DNA of 62,928 bases, the filler included, from Octopus bimaculoides (Eukaryota): NCBI RefSeq assembly GCF_001194135.2. It is 4 parts of 4 records of this genome, joined end to end, with 100 filler letters (N's around TTAATTAATTAA, not from the genome) between each part and the next. Parts side by side here need not be neighbours in the genome. Positions count along the whole stretch, not along the records: positions 20,242 to 29,265 come from NC_068985.1; positions 29,366 to 60,941 come from NC_068997.1; 2 more parts are not named here. One strand, 5' to 3'. The notes below the pieces were generated by a model. The model made no database searches, had not been told where the DNA came from, and saw nothing but the letters and a program-made list of their open reading frames with translations. The position numbers were made by a program, and so were the translations under genes. Of this stretch, positions 25,985 to 38,759 are shown one piece after another; position 1 is the first letter of the stretch, and each line of letters opens with the position of its first letter.

Positions 25985-27800
25985 AGGAGACAGGTGATGT
26001 TGACAACAAACAGAAGTATTAGTTTAACGCTCATGAAGTGAAAAAGCCTTTAACGTTTCGAGCCTATGCTCTTCCACAGAAAGGAACACAGAAAGAAAGT
26101 AGGAGTGAAAATAAAGAATGTGTAGTGGCTGGCGATCAACATGGCGAATGCTGGGCAGAGGGGTCACATAGGAGAGCTAGGAAGAAGGGAAGATAGTAAT
26201 GTAGTGGTGTTCCCAAAACGAAGGTGCGCGTGTATGTGTATAAGAGAATTATGTACGTCTGGAAGAGGGTTGGTGACCTTGACGTGTGCGTGTGTGTATG
26301 GAAGATGGTGTGGGGCTGAGCATGTTGGTGGAGCACTGACGAGCATTTCCCTTCTTAAAGCTCTCACCAATGTCCACTTATACGCTCTCCTATGCTGCGT
26401 GCAGTGTCTCATTCTAGGTAGTTGTCATGTTTCTGTACCGTCCCTCAGTACATCGTAAGCTATACACTACGTTCCTAAACTTACAGTTAACCTGTCAGTT
26501 CATCCTACGTACAAAACAATTGTACTCCGTACAGGAGCACTTATCAAAAGGACAGGTATTGCCGATCAGGGATTTTAAAGGGGCACCAGGACTCTCAACT
26601 ACTTTAATTCGTAGATTAGTCATACTTAATGTTTTTCTAAAAAGTTGTGCTAGTTTGCCGCCAGGGGTAGCATCAACGAACATGACACTCTGGTATTTTT
26701 TGTTGTTATACCAGTGTTTGCCTTATTTATCTTATTGCTGGTCCTGTACAGCGGGAAGATACACTTAGTACCACTCTCTATGATGGTTTGTACTTAGTTC
26801 TGGTTCCTTGTCCTCTTGGTTGTAGCCAGAGAACTGCATGCGGTGGATGAAATGTTGTATGTGTCATTGCAATTCCATTGGGTCGCATATGAGAGACACA
26901 TTCGTCATCACTCTCAGCAAGTCAGTTACCAGAATGTAGAATCTGGCTTTGTCCGCATTCGCTGCTTTCTTGTGAACAAGGTACATAGAAGCCGTGGATT
27001 TGGCATAATGAGAGTGAAGCATCTGGACCTTACCGTTCTTCTTTTCTAGCCAGAGTTCATTGTTTAAAGTGGGTGATCTATTGTTAAAGTTCTTACTAGG
27101 GTAGTCTATCATTATTTCTATACTCTGGTGGATGGAGTTAGCTATTTGCTGGATGCTCTCCATAGTGTTAGCTTCTAGATCATCAACATTGTCTTACAGA
27201 GGTGCTCTGGTTACTATGTTGTTATTATCCACGTAGCAGAGTACATGGTTAGATTTATGGAGTTCTCTGCTAATTTCTCTTTAAGTCTCCTATCCAACCA
27301 AACCATAAATAGGTTATCCACCTCGCCAGCAATACTGACACCGATGGGTGCATCTTCCTCTTGGGCGTATATCTTGTTATTAAACTTAAATATATGCCCT
27401 TGAGAATGGTCTTAGTACTCGCACCCATCGCATGTGCGACCATCTTGTTAATCTGATCATTGTTTTCGGGGGTCCATATAGCTCTTGTCCCCTCGTTCCA
27501 TCTCTCGTCAGAGGTCTTCTTGGCCACAGAAGTTATAGTGGGTAGCGGGGTCTACCCCTTGTCGATCCCGTTGGGCAGAAACAACTAAGGTCATGTTTTT
27601 TTTAAGTAATCCCTGTCGCATGTCAGTCTCAGGAGGAGGCCTAATTCTTCAGTGTTAACAACCAGGGATCTCCACATCACTCTCGTAGATCACCCCCACA
27701 TATTTCTCCACAGCAAAGTCAACATCAATGGATGGGTATAGGGAAACAACGTCCATACTCCCTATTATGTATCCCATCAGGTCATGGGAACGATTTTTTG
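25985..27800 (-). mobile_element. Decayed Penelope-like element, Naiad-like (RT, Cys-rich linker, GIY-YIG)
   Basis: IGSMDVVSLYPSID (RT motif A); NTEELGLLL; IYAQEEDAPIG..LFMVWLD; YVDNN remnant; DYPSKNFNNRSP; FVDATPGGKLA; CSC..C..NCKFRNVVYSLRC; TARSIGER. Multiple stops and frameshifts. Confidence 0.85.
26047..26084 (-). ncRNA. Minimal hammerhead-ribozyme-like motif with non-canonical core
   Basis: 5'-CCUUU CUGUGGA A GAGC-AUAG-GCUC GAAAC GU U AAAGG-3': stem I CCUUU/AAAGG, stem II GAGC/GCUC, palindromic ACGU in stem III. It lies downstream of the PLE's GIY-YIG region. Confidence 0.55.
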
Positions 27801-29149
27801 CGGGTCTTAGGATAACAGCAGCACAATGGGGTGAGAGGATGTGGCTGAAGGGAAGGCCACACTACTGCTGAAGACTGTGACACACACACACACACACACA
27901 CAAAAATAGATACACGCACACACACACACATACACACTCACATGCACACACACACCCACACACCCACACACCCACACACACATACACACAAACAAACAAA
28001 GACACAAAGGCATGCGCACATAAGGATACTCATCGTCGGAGAACAGAATGGAGTAAGTGGAGCAAGAACACACACGAACTTGAAAAGTGTCACTGAAGAG
28101 GTCACAAATGTGTGACGAAAGATTTCAGTGGACATGAGTAAAATAATAAAACAAGAACAGAAATAAACGAGTGAAGAAAAAATATGTAGTGCATGTGTTT
28201 ATTTTGCAAAAAAAAAGAAAAATGACGTTCTCGAAATACAACGATACCTGTTTCAACACAAGATTTCACATTAGGAATCTTGCAAAACGAATTGTGCTAT
28301 GTGGACATTTATTGTGGTTTAGAGTCAGGTTTTGACTGCTATTTTTCAGCGTGGCGGTATCTCTTAGATACCCTGTATTATAATTTTAAATAATTATTAC
28401 CTTTGATGGTTTTTATTCCCATGCTCGCCACTTGATAAAATCAATATTTTAAATATCGATCTTATCCTTATTTATATATATATATATATATATATGTAAT
28501 CACCAGATGAATAATCACATACGATGAATGATTGTCAGTTCACTACAGCTGTTTCTTACGTAACTTTTAATAGAAGAATGGGAACATTACTATATGATAA
28601 AAGACCGCAATCATCACATGAGAAGTAAATTTACAAAACAAAAGAATATCCAAGAATACAGCGGGGATTTGTCTGTCGATGACAAACGTGAATAGGACAA
28701 TGACCTATTTTGGCCGTTAAGAATGTAACTCTTGAAAGTGTGTAATTTGATATCCAGGGTCAAGGACTCGGGTGAGAAGGAATCAGTCGGACTAGACCAA
28801 GGGTAGACTTGAGTGGGCTGTAGGAGATAATTTATAATGATAGGCTATGATTTGTGGTAAGTAAATAGGGGTCATAAATCAATTAACGATAAGAGAAAAG
28901 GGAAGATAGCTAAATCGGACGTAAGGGTGGAGGAATATATATATATACACACATACATACATACATACATACATACATACATACGAAGGATATGTTCTCT
29001 ATGTGGCCTGCTTGTTTTTTGTAACTTGTTTATCATTTTGTCCATGTTTTTTTGCAACGTCATGTACCCAGATATGTATCTATATGTACATGTAGATGAA
29101 GGTATGTACATACATGCACATATATATGCATATACTCATATATTGTTTG

Positions 29150-29191
<42 letters not shown>

Positions 29192-29697
29192 AAACAAATA
29201 ATAAATGAGTATATGCATATATACGTACAGGTTTGTGCATACCTACGTCTACCTGTATATATAGGNNNNNNNNNNNNNNNNNNNNNNNNNNNNNNNNNNN
29301 NNNNNNNNNTTAATTAATTAANNNNNNNNNNNNNNNNNNNNNNNNNNNNNNNNNNNNNNNNNNNNGTACAAGAAACCATACAAACAACGTGTGTGTGTGT
29401 ATGTGTGTGCGTTTGTTTGTGTGTGTGTGTGTGTGTGTGTATTTGTGAGTGTGTGTGTGTCTGTGTGTGCGGGTGGGTGTGTATGTGTCGACATTCTTAC
29501 AACCAAAAATACATATTGCGCATATACAGACATGTACAAATACCTCAATACATGCCTACGTACACACAAACTCACGCATATACATAATTATACAGACAAT
29601 GCATAAGCTATTAGTGTATATGGGTGTATCTGTTAGAGTATAAGTATATCGCTTGGCACCAAAACACATGCATGTATATGTATGTACATATATTTAT

Positions 29698-29700
<3 letters not shown>

Positions 29701-29772
<72 letters not shown>
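29701..29772. repeat. (GATA)n microsatellite, followed by (GACA)n to about 29912
   Basis: Direct reading of the sequence. Confidence 0.97.
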
Positions 29773-29773
<1 letters not shown>

Positions 29774-29880
29774 ATGGCATAAAGTGAGACAGAGAAAGAC
29801 AGAGAGATAGAGAAAGACAGAGAGATAAAGACAGACAGACAGACAGACAGACAGACTGACAGACAGACAGACAGACAGGC

Positions 29881-29911
<31 letters not shown>

Positions 29912-30119
29912 GACATAGTGAGTGGGGAGAGAAATTTCGATATAGACAGATAGATAGTGAATGAATAGGAAAATTATATAGCGTTATATATATATATATG
30001 TGTGTGTGTAATATATATATATAAATAACAATGGATATATATCAAGTTCTACTATCCATTTACTGACTGTGTGTATCGAATGCTTCCTTCCTTCCTCTCT
30101 CTCTCTCTCTCTCTCTCAC

Positions 30120-30169
<50 letters not shown>

Positions 30170-31468
30170 NNNNNNNNNNNNNNNNNNNNNNNNNNNNNNN
30201 NNNNNNNNNNNNNNNNNNNNNNNNNNNNNNNNNNNNNNNNNNNNNNNNNNNNNNNNNNNNNNNNNNNNNNNNNNNNNNNNNNNNNNNNNNNNNNNNNNNN
30301 NNNNNNNNNNNNNNNNNNNNNNNNNNNNNNNNNNNNNNNNNNNNNNNNNNNNNNNNNNNNNNNNNNNNNNNNNNNNNNNNNNNNNNNNNNNNNNNNNNNN
30401 NNNNNNNNNNNNNNNNNNNNNNNNNNNNNNNNNNNNNNNNNNNNNNNNNNNNNNNNNNNNNNNNNNNNNNNNNNNNNNNNNNNNNNNNNNNNNNNNNNNN
30501 NNNNNNNNNNNNNNNNNNNNNNNNNNNNNNNNNNNNNNNNNNNNNNNNNNNNNNNNNNNNNNNNNNNNNNNNNNNNNNNNNNNNNNNNNNNNNNNNNNNN
30601 NNNNNNNNNNNNNNNNNNNNNNNNNNNNNNNNNNNNNNNNNNNNNNNNNNNNNNNNNNNNNNNNNNNNNNNNNNNNNNNNNNNNNNNNNNNNNNNNNNNN
30701 NNNNNNNNNNNNNNNNNNNNNNNNNNNNNNNNNNNNNNNNNNNNNNNNNNNNNNNNNNNNNNNNNNACAAATACATGTATACACATACATACATCCAAAC
30801 ATACATACATACGCACATACAAACACTCAAGCATACATACATACGTACACACATATATTCGTTCATGCATACATATGTATATACATACACCCGTACCTAC
30901 ATTCATAGTACATTCATTCGTACATTAATACATACATACATAAATACATACATACATACATAATACGAACATTCATACATTCATTCATACATATATTCAC
31001 ATGTACATACAGTCATTCATACATACATACATACATACATACATACATACATACATACATACAAATAAGGTTATTTGGAATGTGAAGTGAGATAGCCAGC
31101 GGTCAGGAAGGTGTAAGAGCGGGGTGAGGCAATAGTTTATAGTGACCAACGTAGATAGACCAAGAGCAGACAAGGAATAGACGACAGACAGACAGGCAGA
31201 CGAGAGTCAAGCAGACGCTCAGACTGACAGACAGGCAGTCATAGAATAGATTTGTTGGGCGGGACGGGCGGTTGTTGAAGACGAGTTATCACATCTTAGC
31301 TATGACGTAATTCACTGTTGCATAGATTGACGGGAGTAGGAGGATAGTTGGAAAGAGGATTGGGATGAGGGGGAACGAAGGGGAGGAGGATGATTAAATA
31401 ATGTGTGTGGGTGGAAAAGGGTTGAGAAATAAGGATGAGAAAGGGGAGGAAGGAAGATAGATACAGAA

Positions 31469-31500
<32 letters not shown>

Positions 31501-31579
31501 AGAGAAGCTGCAGATTGGAAAAGGTTGAGGGAGGTTTGGATCGAAGAAGAAAAGGGAGGTAAAAATAAGGTAAAACATT

Positions 31580-31616
<37 letters not shown>

Positions 31617-33114
31617 GGGAATAGCAGCAACGACAGAGAAAGGGGAAAGGTAAAGGAGCGCAGGAGGAAATGGCATGGGGGAGAGGGGGAGAAGGGAGAG
31701 GTGAGAGAGATACTGGAGTAGGAGTATTGAGAGAATGAGATGGGAGGAGAGTATCGAAATGGAAAGGGATTGGATAATGGGAGGAGCAACAGATAAAGAA
31801 GGAACATACGTTCACAACACACACACACACACACACACATAGAGGCACAGACAGACACACACACACACATGTGCACATACACAGACACAGTCACAAACAC
31901 ATATATACACATTAGAAGGAAAAAAGGATACAGGAAAGTGAGGATAAAGGGAGAGGGGAAACTAGAATGGAAATAACTGTGATAGGAAGGCAGAAGATGG
32001 AGGGAGAGAGAGGGGGGAGAATAGAAAGAAGTGGGCTAAAAGGCAATATTGGGCTATCGATTACATGAAAGACCTACTATTATGTCGGCCCCAGCTACAT
32101 GTTGCATCGACCCGGATTATTTTGGCGAGTAAGCTGTATGTTGATCATAGATGAAGCTATCTAACTGCCACTTGTTACACCCTCCACAGCTCACATCGGA
32201 TGTGGAACATAGACACGTTTACAAGCATACACACACACACCCACACACATACGCACACACACGCACACATATGCAAACACATAAACATACATGCAGACAG
32301 ACAGACAGACAGCGGTATGCGCGCCGGCGTGTGTGGAATATATTCACGTATTTACAGATATTTATGTGTATGTGTGTATACACATACCCCCCCCCCACAC
32401 ACACACACATATATATACACATGGAAAGGTATGAATACATAGACACATATGTATATAGACAAGTCTATACATATATACGCACCTACACATATATATAAAT
32501 AAATATATATCAATACATATGCATATTTATATACACCTCAACTTAGATAGATAGATACTTATTCATATAGACATACACACATACATATACACACACACAC
32601 ACACACACNNNNNNNNNNNNNNNNNNNNNNNNNNNNNNNNNNNNNNNNNNNNNNNNNNNNNNNNNNNNNNNNNNNNNNNNNNNNNNNNNNNNNNNNNNNN
32701 NNNNNNNNCCGTGTTTGTGTCCGTGTGTTTGTGGTGGGGGGTCTGACGAAGACGTGAATGAGAGAGCACGAGAGAGCGGGGTGAGAGTCTAACAATAAAA
32801 ACGTGTCGTCTGCGACAGATTACAGACTTTTTACGTCGGTGAAACGTTTTAAGTTTATGAGAAGCGTATTTGGATGGGGTGACATTCATGCCATTGTTCA
32901 AGAGAATATAAGGGTGGAAGTGAAATGAAATGGTTAAATCTGGGAATTTCTGTCACAGACATGAATGATGCTGTTGCCAAAAATGGTGATTTTTAAGCCA
33001 TTGCACAAACAGGAAATCAATATTAACGTCTTACAAGACAAAATTCTTATCTAAAGTTAAATTCTTGCCGAGAATTCTTCAGATCGATCGAAAGATGTCA
33101 GTTTATCTTCAAGT

Positions 33115-33265
33115 TTAGTAAGACATGTAATGGAAATGTAAAACTAGCAACTTAGTTTGAACTTTTGCTGCCATAATCGTTTTTACTTTTGTTGTTTGTG
33201 GCAGTGCTATTGTTGTAATTGTTGTTGTTGCTGGTGTTGCTGCAGCTGCTGCTGAGGCTGCCGCT

Positions 33266-33296
<31 letters not shown>

Positions 33297-33369
33297 ATGT
33301 TGGTGATGTTGCTGTGATGGTTGTTTTACTGGTCGTTCGATAGAATTCAGTCTCGGTAACTACAGACAT
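33115..33369 (-). other. Mixed trinucleotide tract, open as poly-Ser/Ala (84 aa) or as His/Gln-rich peptide; coding status unresolved
   Basis: Frame 1: MSVVTETEFYRTT..SSSSSSSAAAAAAASAAAAA. Frame 2: LPRLNSIERPVKQPSQQHHQHHHHHHHQQQQQRQP..QQ*. Confidence 0.2.
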
Positions 33370-33477
33370 TTTGCCTACACATCAGCAGGATTCGTTCAGT
33401 TTTCTCTTCAAACAATGAGCCTTTATTCATTCATTTATTTATTTTTATTTCTATTTCTCTCTCTGTCTCTGTCTCTC

Positions 33478-33526
<49 letters not shown>

Positions 33527-33916
33527 CTCTGTTTATCTGATTTTATCTGCTCTGCTCTTGTTAAGGTGAGACGGAACGAGACCAGCCGCACCTTTACATT
33601 CACCGCCGCCACCACCAGAATATTAGCGAGTTTGTTTTATTAAATTTAACTCGAATCGGTAGAGTGCCCGTTCTATTAAATCTCTTGTGCTATTTACGTG
33701 AACCCTTTTACGTGCTTGGTTCAAATCTCAGCGGGATCGACTTTCGTTTTGAAACCCCGCTCCCGGGACCCTTCAAATAAATACAGGTTTTTACTAGGAA
33801 TCACCCGTTTCATTGACCATAGCCATCTTCCGTAAGACCTAATTTTGAGGCCACGTCAAAAATCAGTATTGTCACTGTTGTTGCTGTGGGTACTGCTGCT
33901 GTTGCTGTTATTATTA

Positions 33917-33988
<72 letters not shown>

Positions 33989-33993
<5 letters not shown>

Positions 33994-34202
33994 TAGTTTT
34001 ATTTTTATAACGTGCTTTCACTTCACTACCGAGCGCAGCTCTGTGCGCCTTGGGTATGTGCTGTGGTTTGCTGTGGTGCTCTTATGTTTACTGTATTGAA
34101 AGTGTTTTGCGTAGAATGTGTGCAGTACCCAGTAGTGCAATTTTCTGTATGTTATATATATTTGTAAGTCCTGGTGTTTTTGTTATGTATTTGTCTGAAT
34201 AT
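33989..34202 (-). mobile_element. 5'-truncated R4/Dong-like element inserted in a (TAA)n array
   Basis: KYSDKYITKTPGLTNIYNIQKIALLGTAHILRKTLSIQ* (QKxxLLGTAxILRK C-terminal signature), then the 3' UTR. (tta)n runs flank it at 33910-33990 and 34203-34240. Confidence 0.85.
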
Positions 34203-34309
34203 TTATTATTATTATTATTATTATCATTATTATTATTAATATCTTTATTATTGTTGTTATTGTCATTGAAGATGTCGTACAGTATCCAATATTGTGATGT
34301 AGATTGAAA

Positions 34310-34520
34310 ATATTGTGTGTACCGGGGATTCGAACTGTCTGTCAAGTCACAAGGGCTTCGGACAGACTACTTTACGCAGTATACATGCAGTTCCAAGTGA
34401 AACAGAATTTTGCAATACACCAAGGTTGTAGAGTATTTCTAAAATATCCAGATGTTTCTTCAAGTTGTGTGGTTTTGAACCAAATCCCACGATGATTATC
34501 ATTGGTATGGTTTGGTTTGT
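34310..34520 (-). mobile_element. 3' end of a second R4/Dong-like subfamily
   Basis: TIPMIIIVGFGSKPHNLKKHLDILEILYNLGVLQNSVSLGTACILRKVV (cf. IPVxIGALG..QKSxLLGTAxILRKV). Confidence 0.7.
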
Positions 34521-35010
34521 AGCAGCACCGTCCCAGGTATGGAAGCAGTACGCCATTGTGGATCTTGCCGGAGCTTTGTAGAGGGTCAGTAGTTTGTGAG
34601 ATGAAATTATTTTCTGGCCCTGAAGAGAAGGGACAACCTTTCAGAAGTAGTACTATATTAAACAATTGTCTTCGCCAGTAGAGACCATCAACGATGATGA
34701 GAAAAAGTGTTTGCAGGGTTCTGGTTGCATTCTAGTTGCATCATATGGAGTGTTTTGATATTTGCTTCATATTTGCAATGATTGTGCGTTTTTTAGTTGA
34801 GGATGTCTTTGCAATGATTGTGCGTTTTTTAGTTGAGGATGTCTTCGAGCTATGTGTTCATAAGGCCAGTGTATGTTTGACGTGAGGTGGCTATGAGATT
34901 GACGGTTGGATGCGAAAGGTTAGTGAGGGGGATGAAGAATGGCATAATCTGCATAAGAGTGGATGTTGGTAGAGCTAACGGCAAAAACATCGTTGACACA
35001 TAGGATGTAG
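34521..35010 (-). mobile_element. Decayed Jockey/CR1-like LINE RT fragment containing a 36-bp tandem duplication
   Basis: VNDVFAVSSTNIHSYADYAILH (YADD remnant) and KLLTLYKAPARSTMAYCFHTWDGA (cf. LLTLYKAQIRPxMEYCSHxW). Duplication at 34772-34843. Confidence 0.7.
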
Positions 35011-35121
35011 AGTATGGAGGGTAAAACTGAACTCTAGATACATTAGAATTTTTAGAAACAGTGTACTAGAAATAATGTAATGATAGACTCAATGCCTTCC
35101 ATTATTTATGCACGTGAAGAC

Positions 35122-35335
35122 GGCGAGCAGACAGAATTGTTATTGTGCCGGACGGATGCTTAGCGGCATTTCTTCCGGCATTACTTTCCGAGTTCAAGTG
35201 TCACCGAGATTGACTTTATCTTTTCATCTTTTAGGGCTCGATAGAATATGCATCAGTTGAGCACTGGAATTCAGTGTAATCGACAACCCGCCCCCTTGTA
35301 TTTCAGTCCTTGTGCCTAAAGTAGAAAGGATTGTT
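35122..35335 (+). mobile_element. SINE family A copy
   Basis: ggcgagcagacagaattgtt...gatgcttagcggcattt...gagttcaag...ccttgtgcctaaagtagaaaggatt. Confidence 0.8.
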
Positions 35336-35654
35336 TAGTTACGTGTCTTTCTACCAAAGTAGCTTTAAAGCGGCTTCGCCTTCCAATATGACATCGTCGA
35401 TAAGATAAATACCAAACAAGTATAGAGGTAGATTCATATAATAAAACCCTTTTCCTAATCAATATATGGCTTTGTGGTCAATCTAAGAAATCTTTATTGT
35501 TTGAAGTAGATCTAAGTCGATTATTGTGACTGAGGTTGGCCGGTGTACGATAAACATATTTTACGACAAAGATATTAAAAGAAATACATCTGACTTCATA
35601 AGGTGAGCAAGAGAAACGAGTATACTGAGTATATGCCGTTGATATTCTTTCCAC

Positions 35655-35845
35655 TGTAGCTCAAGAGTTGAAAGTTTTTGTGGTCGAGGGTGCTAATCGA
35701 TTACATCGAACCCAATACTCAAATGGTACTTATTTTATAGACCCCGAAAGGATGAAAGGTAAAGTTGACCTTGACGGACTTTGTCCCCAGGACGTAAAAC
35801 CGGGCGAAATGCTGCTAAGCATTTTGTCCATGTGCTCACCAATTT
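35655..35845 (-). mobile_element. SINE family A copy
   Basis: Plus strand ggtacttattttatagaccccgaaaggatgaaaggtaaagttgacc...aaatgctgctaagcattt is the reverse complement of the family A core. Confidence 0.85.
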
Positions 35846-36139
35846 AGTATACATTTAATATCGCTACTCATTATTATCTTTAATCGTTGTTACTGATAAT
35901 TTGTCCTTAATACGTATTTGTGATAAAATTATCATTAAACAGTAGAAGCGGTGGGTTGCTGGATAAAATGTCTTGCAGTATTTTACATAAATTCAAATCC
36001 AACCATTTCACCTTTGATCTCTCATCAGTCAATGAAATAAGTGCCACTCATATAAACGAAATATATTTAAATTACCTTCAACCATATGAAGAAATAGTTA
36101 GAATTTAAAATATAGGAGTGGTATGAATTTAAAACACAT

Positions 36140-36145
<6 letters not shown>

Positions 36146-36221
<76 letters not shown>

Positions 36222-36543
36222 TCTCCCTCTCTCTTTCTCTCTCTCCTTTTCTCTCTCTTTCTCTCTCTATTTCTTCCCCCTCTCTCTCTTTCTCTCTTAA
36301 CAAAACTATGTGCAGAAGTTTCGCTGTTGATGAAGAGGAAGTTTCCTTGGGCCACAAACTGTCGACAAATACGAAATACTTTCCCTTTCAGGTGTCCAAT
36401 ATAGGTGCAGATGTTGGTCTGCTTCCTTAAGTTGTGGTCAGCTTTGGATTGTTACCGGTATTGGTCTTATAGGCATAGGTCCTGTGGAGTCTAGGGACAC
36501 AGCTCCGACCTCCAAACCAAACCATACCAATAATAATAACGAC

Positions 36544-36617
<74 letters not shown>

Positions 36618-37879
36618 GAGTAAGGAAAAAGCAGGGATGGAAATATAGATAAAAGTGTAATTGAGACAGAGAGATAAACAGTGAGTTTATGAGGGGTGAA
36701 TGGAGAGTAAGAGAACGAAAGTGAGAGATGGAGAATCGAGAACAAGGAGTTAAATATGGAGAGAAGGAAAAAGAGAAGTAAGATAAAGTAGAGGGAACGG
36801 TAGGGCTAGAGAGTTAAACGTGAAGAAGACGTAGGGTAGAAAGAGTGATGAAGAAGAGATTGGGGGGAAGGGAAAAGTGTGAAGATTGAGGTTGGTGAAG
36901 GGACAATTATCAAATGAAGATTGTTGGAAGGGTGAGAGGAGAGTAGTAAAGGAGTGGGAGAAATTGAATAAATTTGAATTATGGTGATAAAGTGAAAGGA
37001 TGGAAACAGCAGAGAGAGGGAATGGAGGAAGGAAGAGGAATAGAAAGGGAGAAGACGAGCGAAAGAGAGAGAGAGAGAAATGATAGAGGTAGAAGGCAGA
37101 GAGAGTGAAAAGAAGTAGATGAAAGAGAGCGAGTAAAATGTAGAAGGTGGAAAATGAAGGTTAATCAAGCAGAAGGGAAAAAGAACGAAAGTTAGTGGTA
37201 GAAAAGAAAGGGAATGAAAAGTAGAGGTTGATAGGAGAAAGAGTGTGTGATACAAGAGAGCGAGAGAGAGAGAGAGAGAGAAGGAGAGTGATGAAGGGTA
37301 AAGTGAAACGGTCGGATAGAAGAGGGAGAGAGAGAATTGAAGAAAAAGAGGAGGAAATGGAGAAAATAATGAGTTTGAAGAGATAACGGAAGGAAAGCAA
37401 GAGAGAAATGAGAGGAAGGGAGAGGGGATAAGTTACTGAAGATATATAAAAGCTATAAATAGGAAGTGAAGAGAAAGAAAGGAATAAATGAAACATGAAA
37501 TCCCAAAGAACAAAATAAGCAATGTTAAGAAGAATATATATATATATATACATATAAGGTGTGTACATACATGTACATATATATGCATATACTCATATAT
37601 TGTTTGTATCACGACAGAACGCACGCGTTAACCTTTATACAGTAAGTTTTAACTATCTTTCTAACGCGACTCTCTCTATCTCTATATCTATCTCCCCCTC
37701 TCAATCTTCCCTCTACTGTTCTTCGCCTCTACCTGTCACTACTATCTCTCTCTCTCTATCTCTTGTTACTCGTCCTTCGCCTCTCACCGTTACTACTACT
37801 ATCTCTCTCTTTCTCTCTACCTCTCGTTGCTCACTTTTATTCTACTTCCACCCCTTCTTTTCCTTCTGCTACTCTTTCT
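36146..37879. repeat. Low-complexity block: (CT)n, (GATA)n, an ~850-nt purine-rich tract, then a pyrimidine-rich tract
   Basis: Direct reading of the sequence. Confidence 0.9.
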
Positions 37880-38557
37880 NNNNNNNNNNNNNNNNNNNNN
37901 NNNNNNNNNNNNNNNNNNNNNNNNNNNNNNNNNNNNNNNNNNNNNNNNNNNNNNNNNNNNNNNNNNNNNNNNNNNNNNNNNNNNNNNNNNNNNNNNNNNN
38001 NNNNNNNNNNNNNNNNNNNNNNNNNNNNNNNNNNNNNNNNNNNNNNNNNNNNNNNNNNNNNNNNNNNNNNNNNNNNNNNNNNNNNNNNNNNNNNNNNNNN
38101 NNNNNNNNNNNNNNNNNNNNNNNNNNNNNNNNNNNNNNNNNNNNNNNNNNNNNNNNNNNNNNNNNNNNNNNNNNNNNNNNNNNNNNNNNNNNNNNNNNNN
38201 NNNNNNNNNNNNNNNNNNNNNNNNNNNNNNNNNNNNNNNNNNNNNNNNNNNNNNNNNNNNNNNNNNNNNNNNNNNNNNNNNNNNNNNNNNNNNNNNNNNN
38301 NNNNNNNNNNNNNNNNNNNNNNNNNNNNNNNNNNNNNNNNNNNNNNNNNNNNNNNNNNNNNNNNNNNNNNNNNNNNNNNNNNNNNNNNNNNNNNNNNNNN
38401 NNNNNNNNNNNNNNNNNNNNNNNNNNNNNNNNNNNNNNNNNNNNNNNNNNNNNNNNNNNNNNNNNNNNNNNNNNNNNNNNNNNNNNNNNNNNNNNNNNNN
38501 NNNNNNNNNNNNNNNNNNNNNNNNNNNNNNNNNNNNNNNNNNNNNNNNNNNNNNNNN

Positions 38558-38600
<43 letters not shown>

Positions 38601-38759
38601 AAAGTTTTGACTGAAGTCTACTCCCGCAGCAGACAAAAAATCATGCATTGGCAAATTAGGTCCTTCATGCTAAGCATCTTAAGCTTCGTGAACAGTAACA
38701 TATAAAAAAAATACTTCTGAAAGGATCATATCAATTTTGTCAGCACAAAGATTCTGTTT

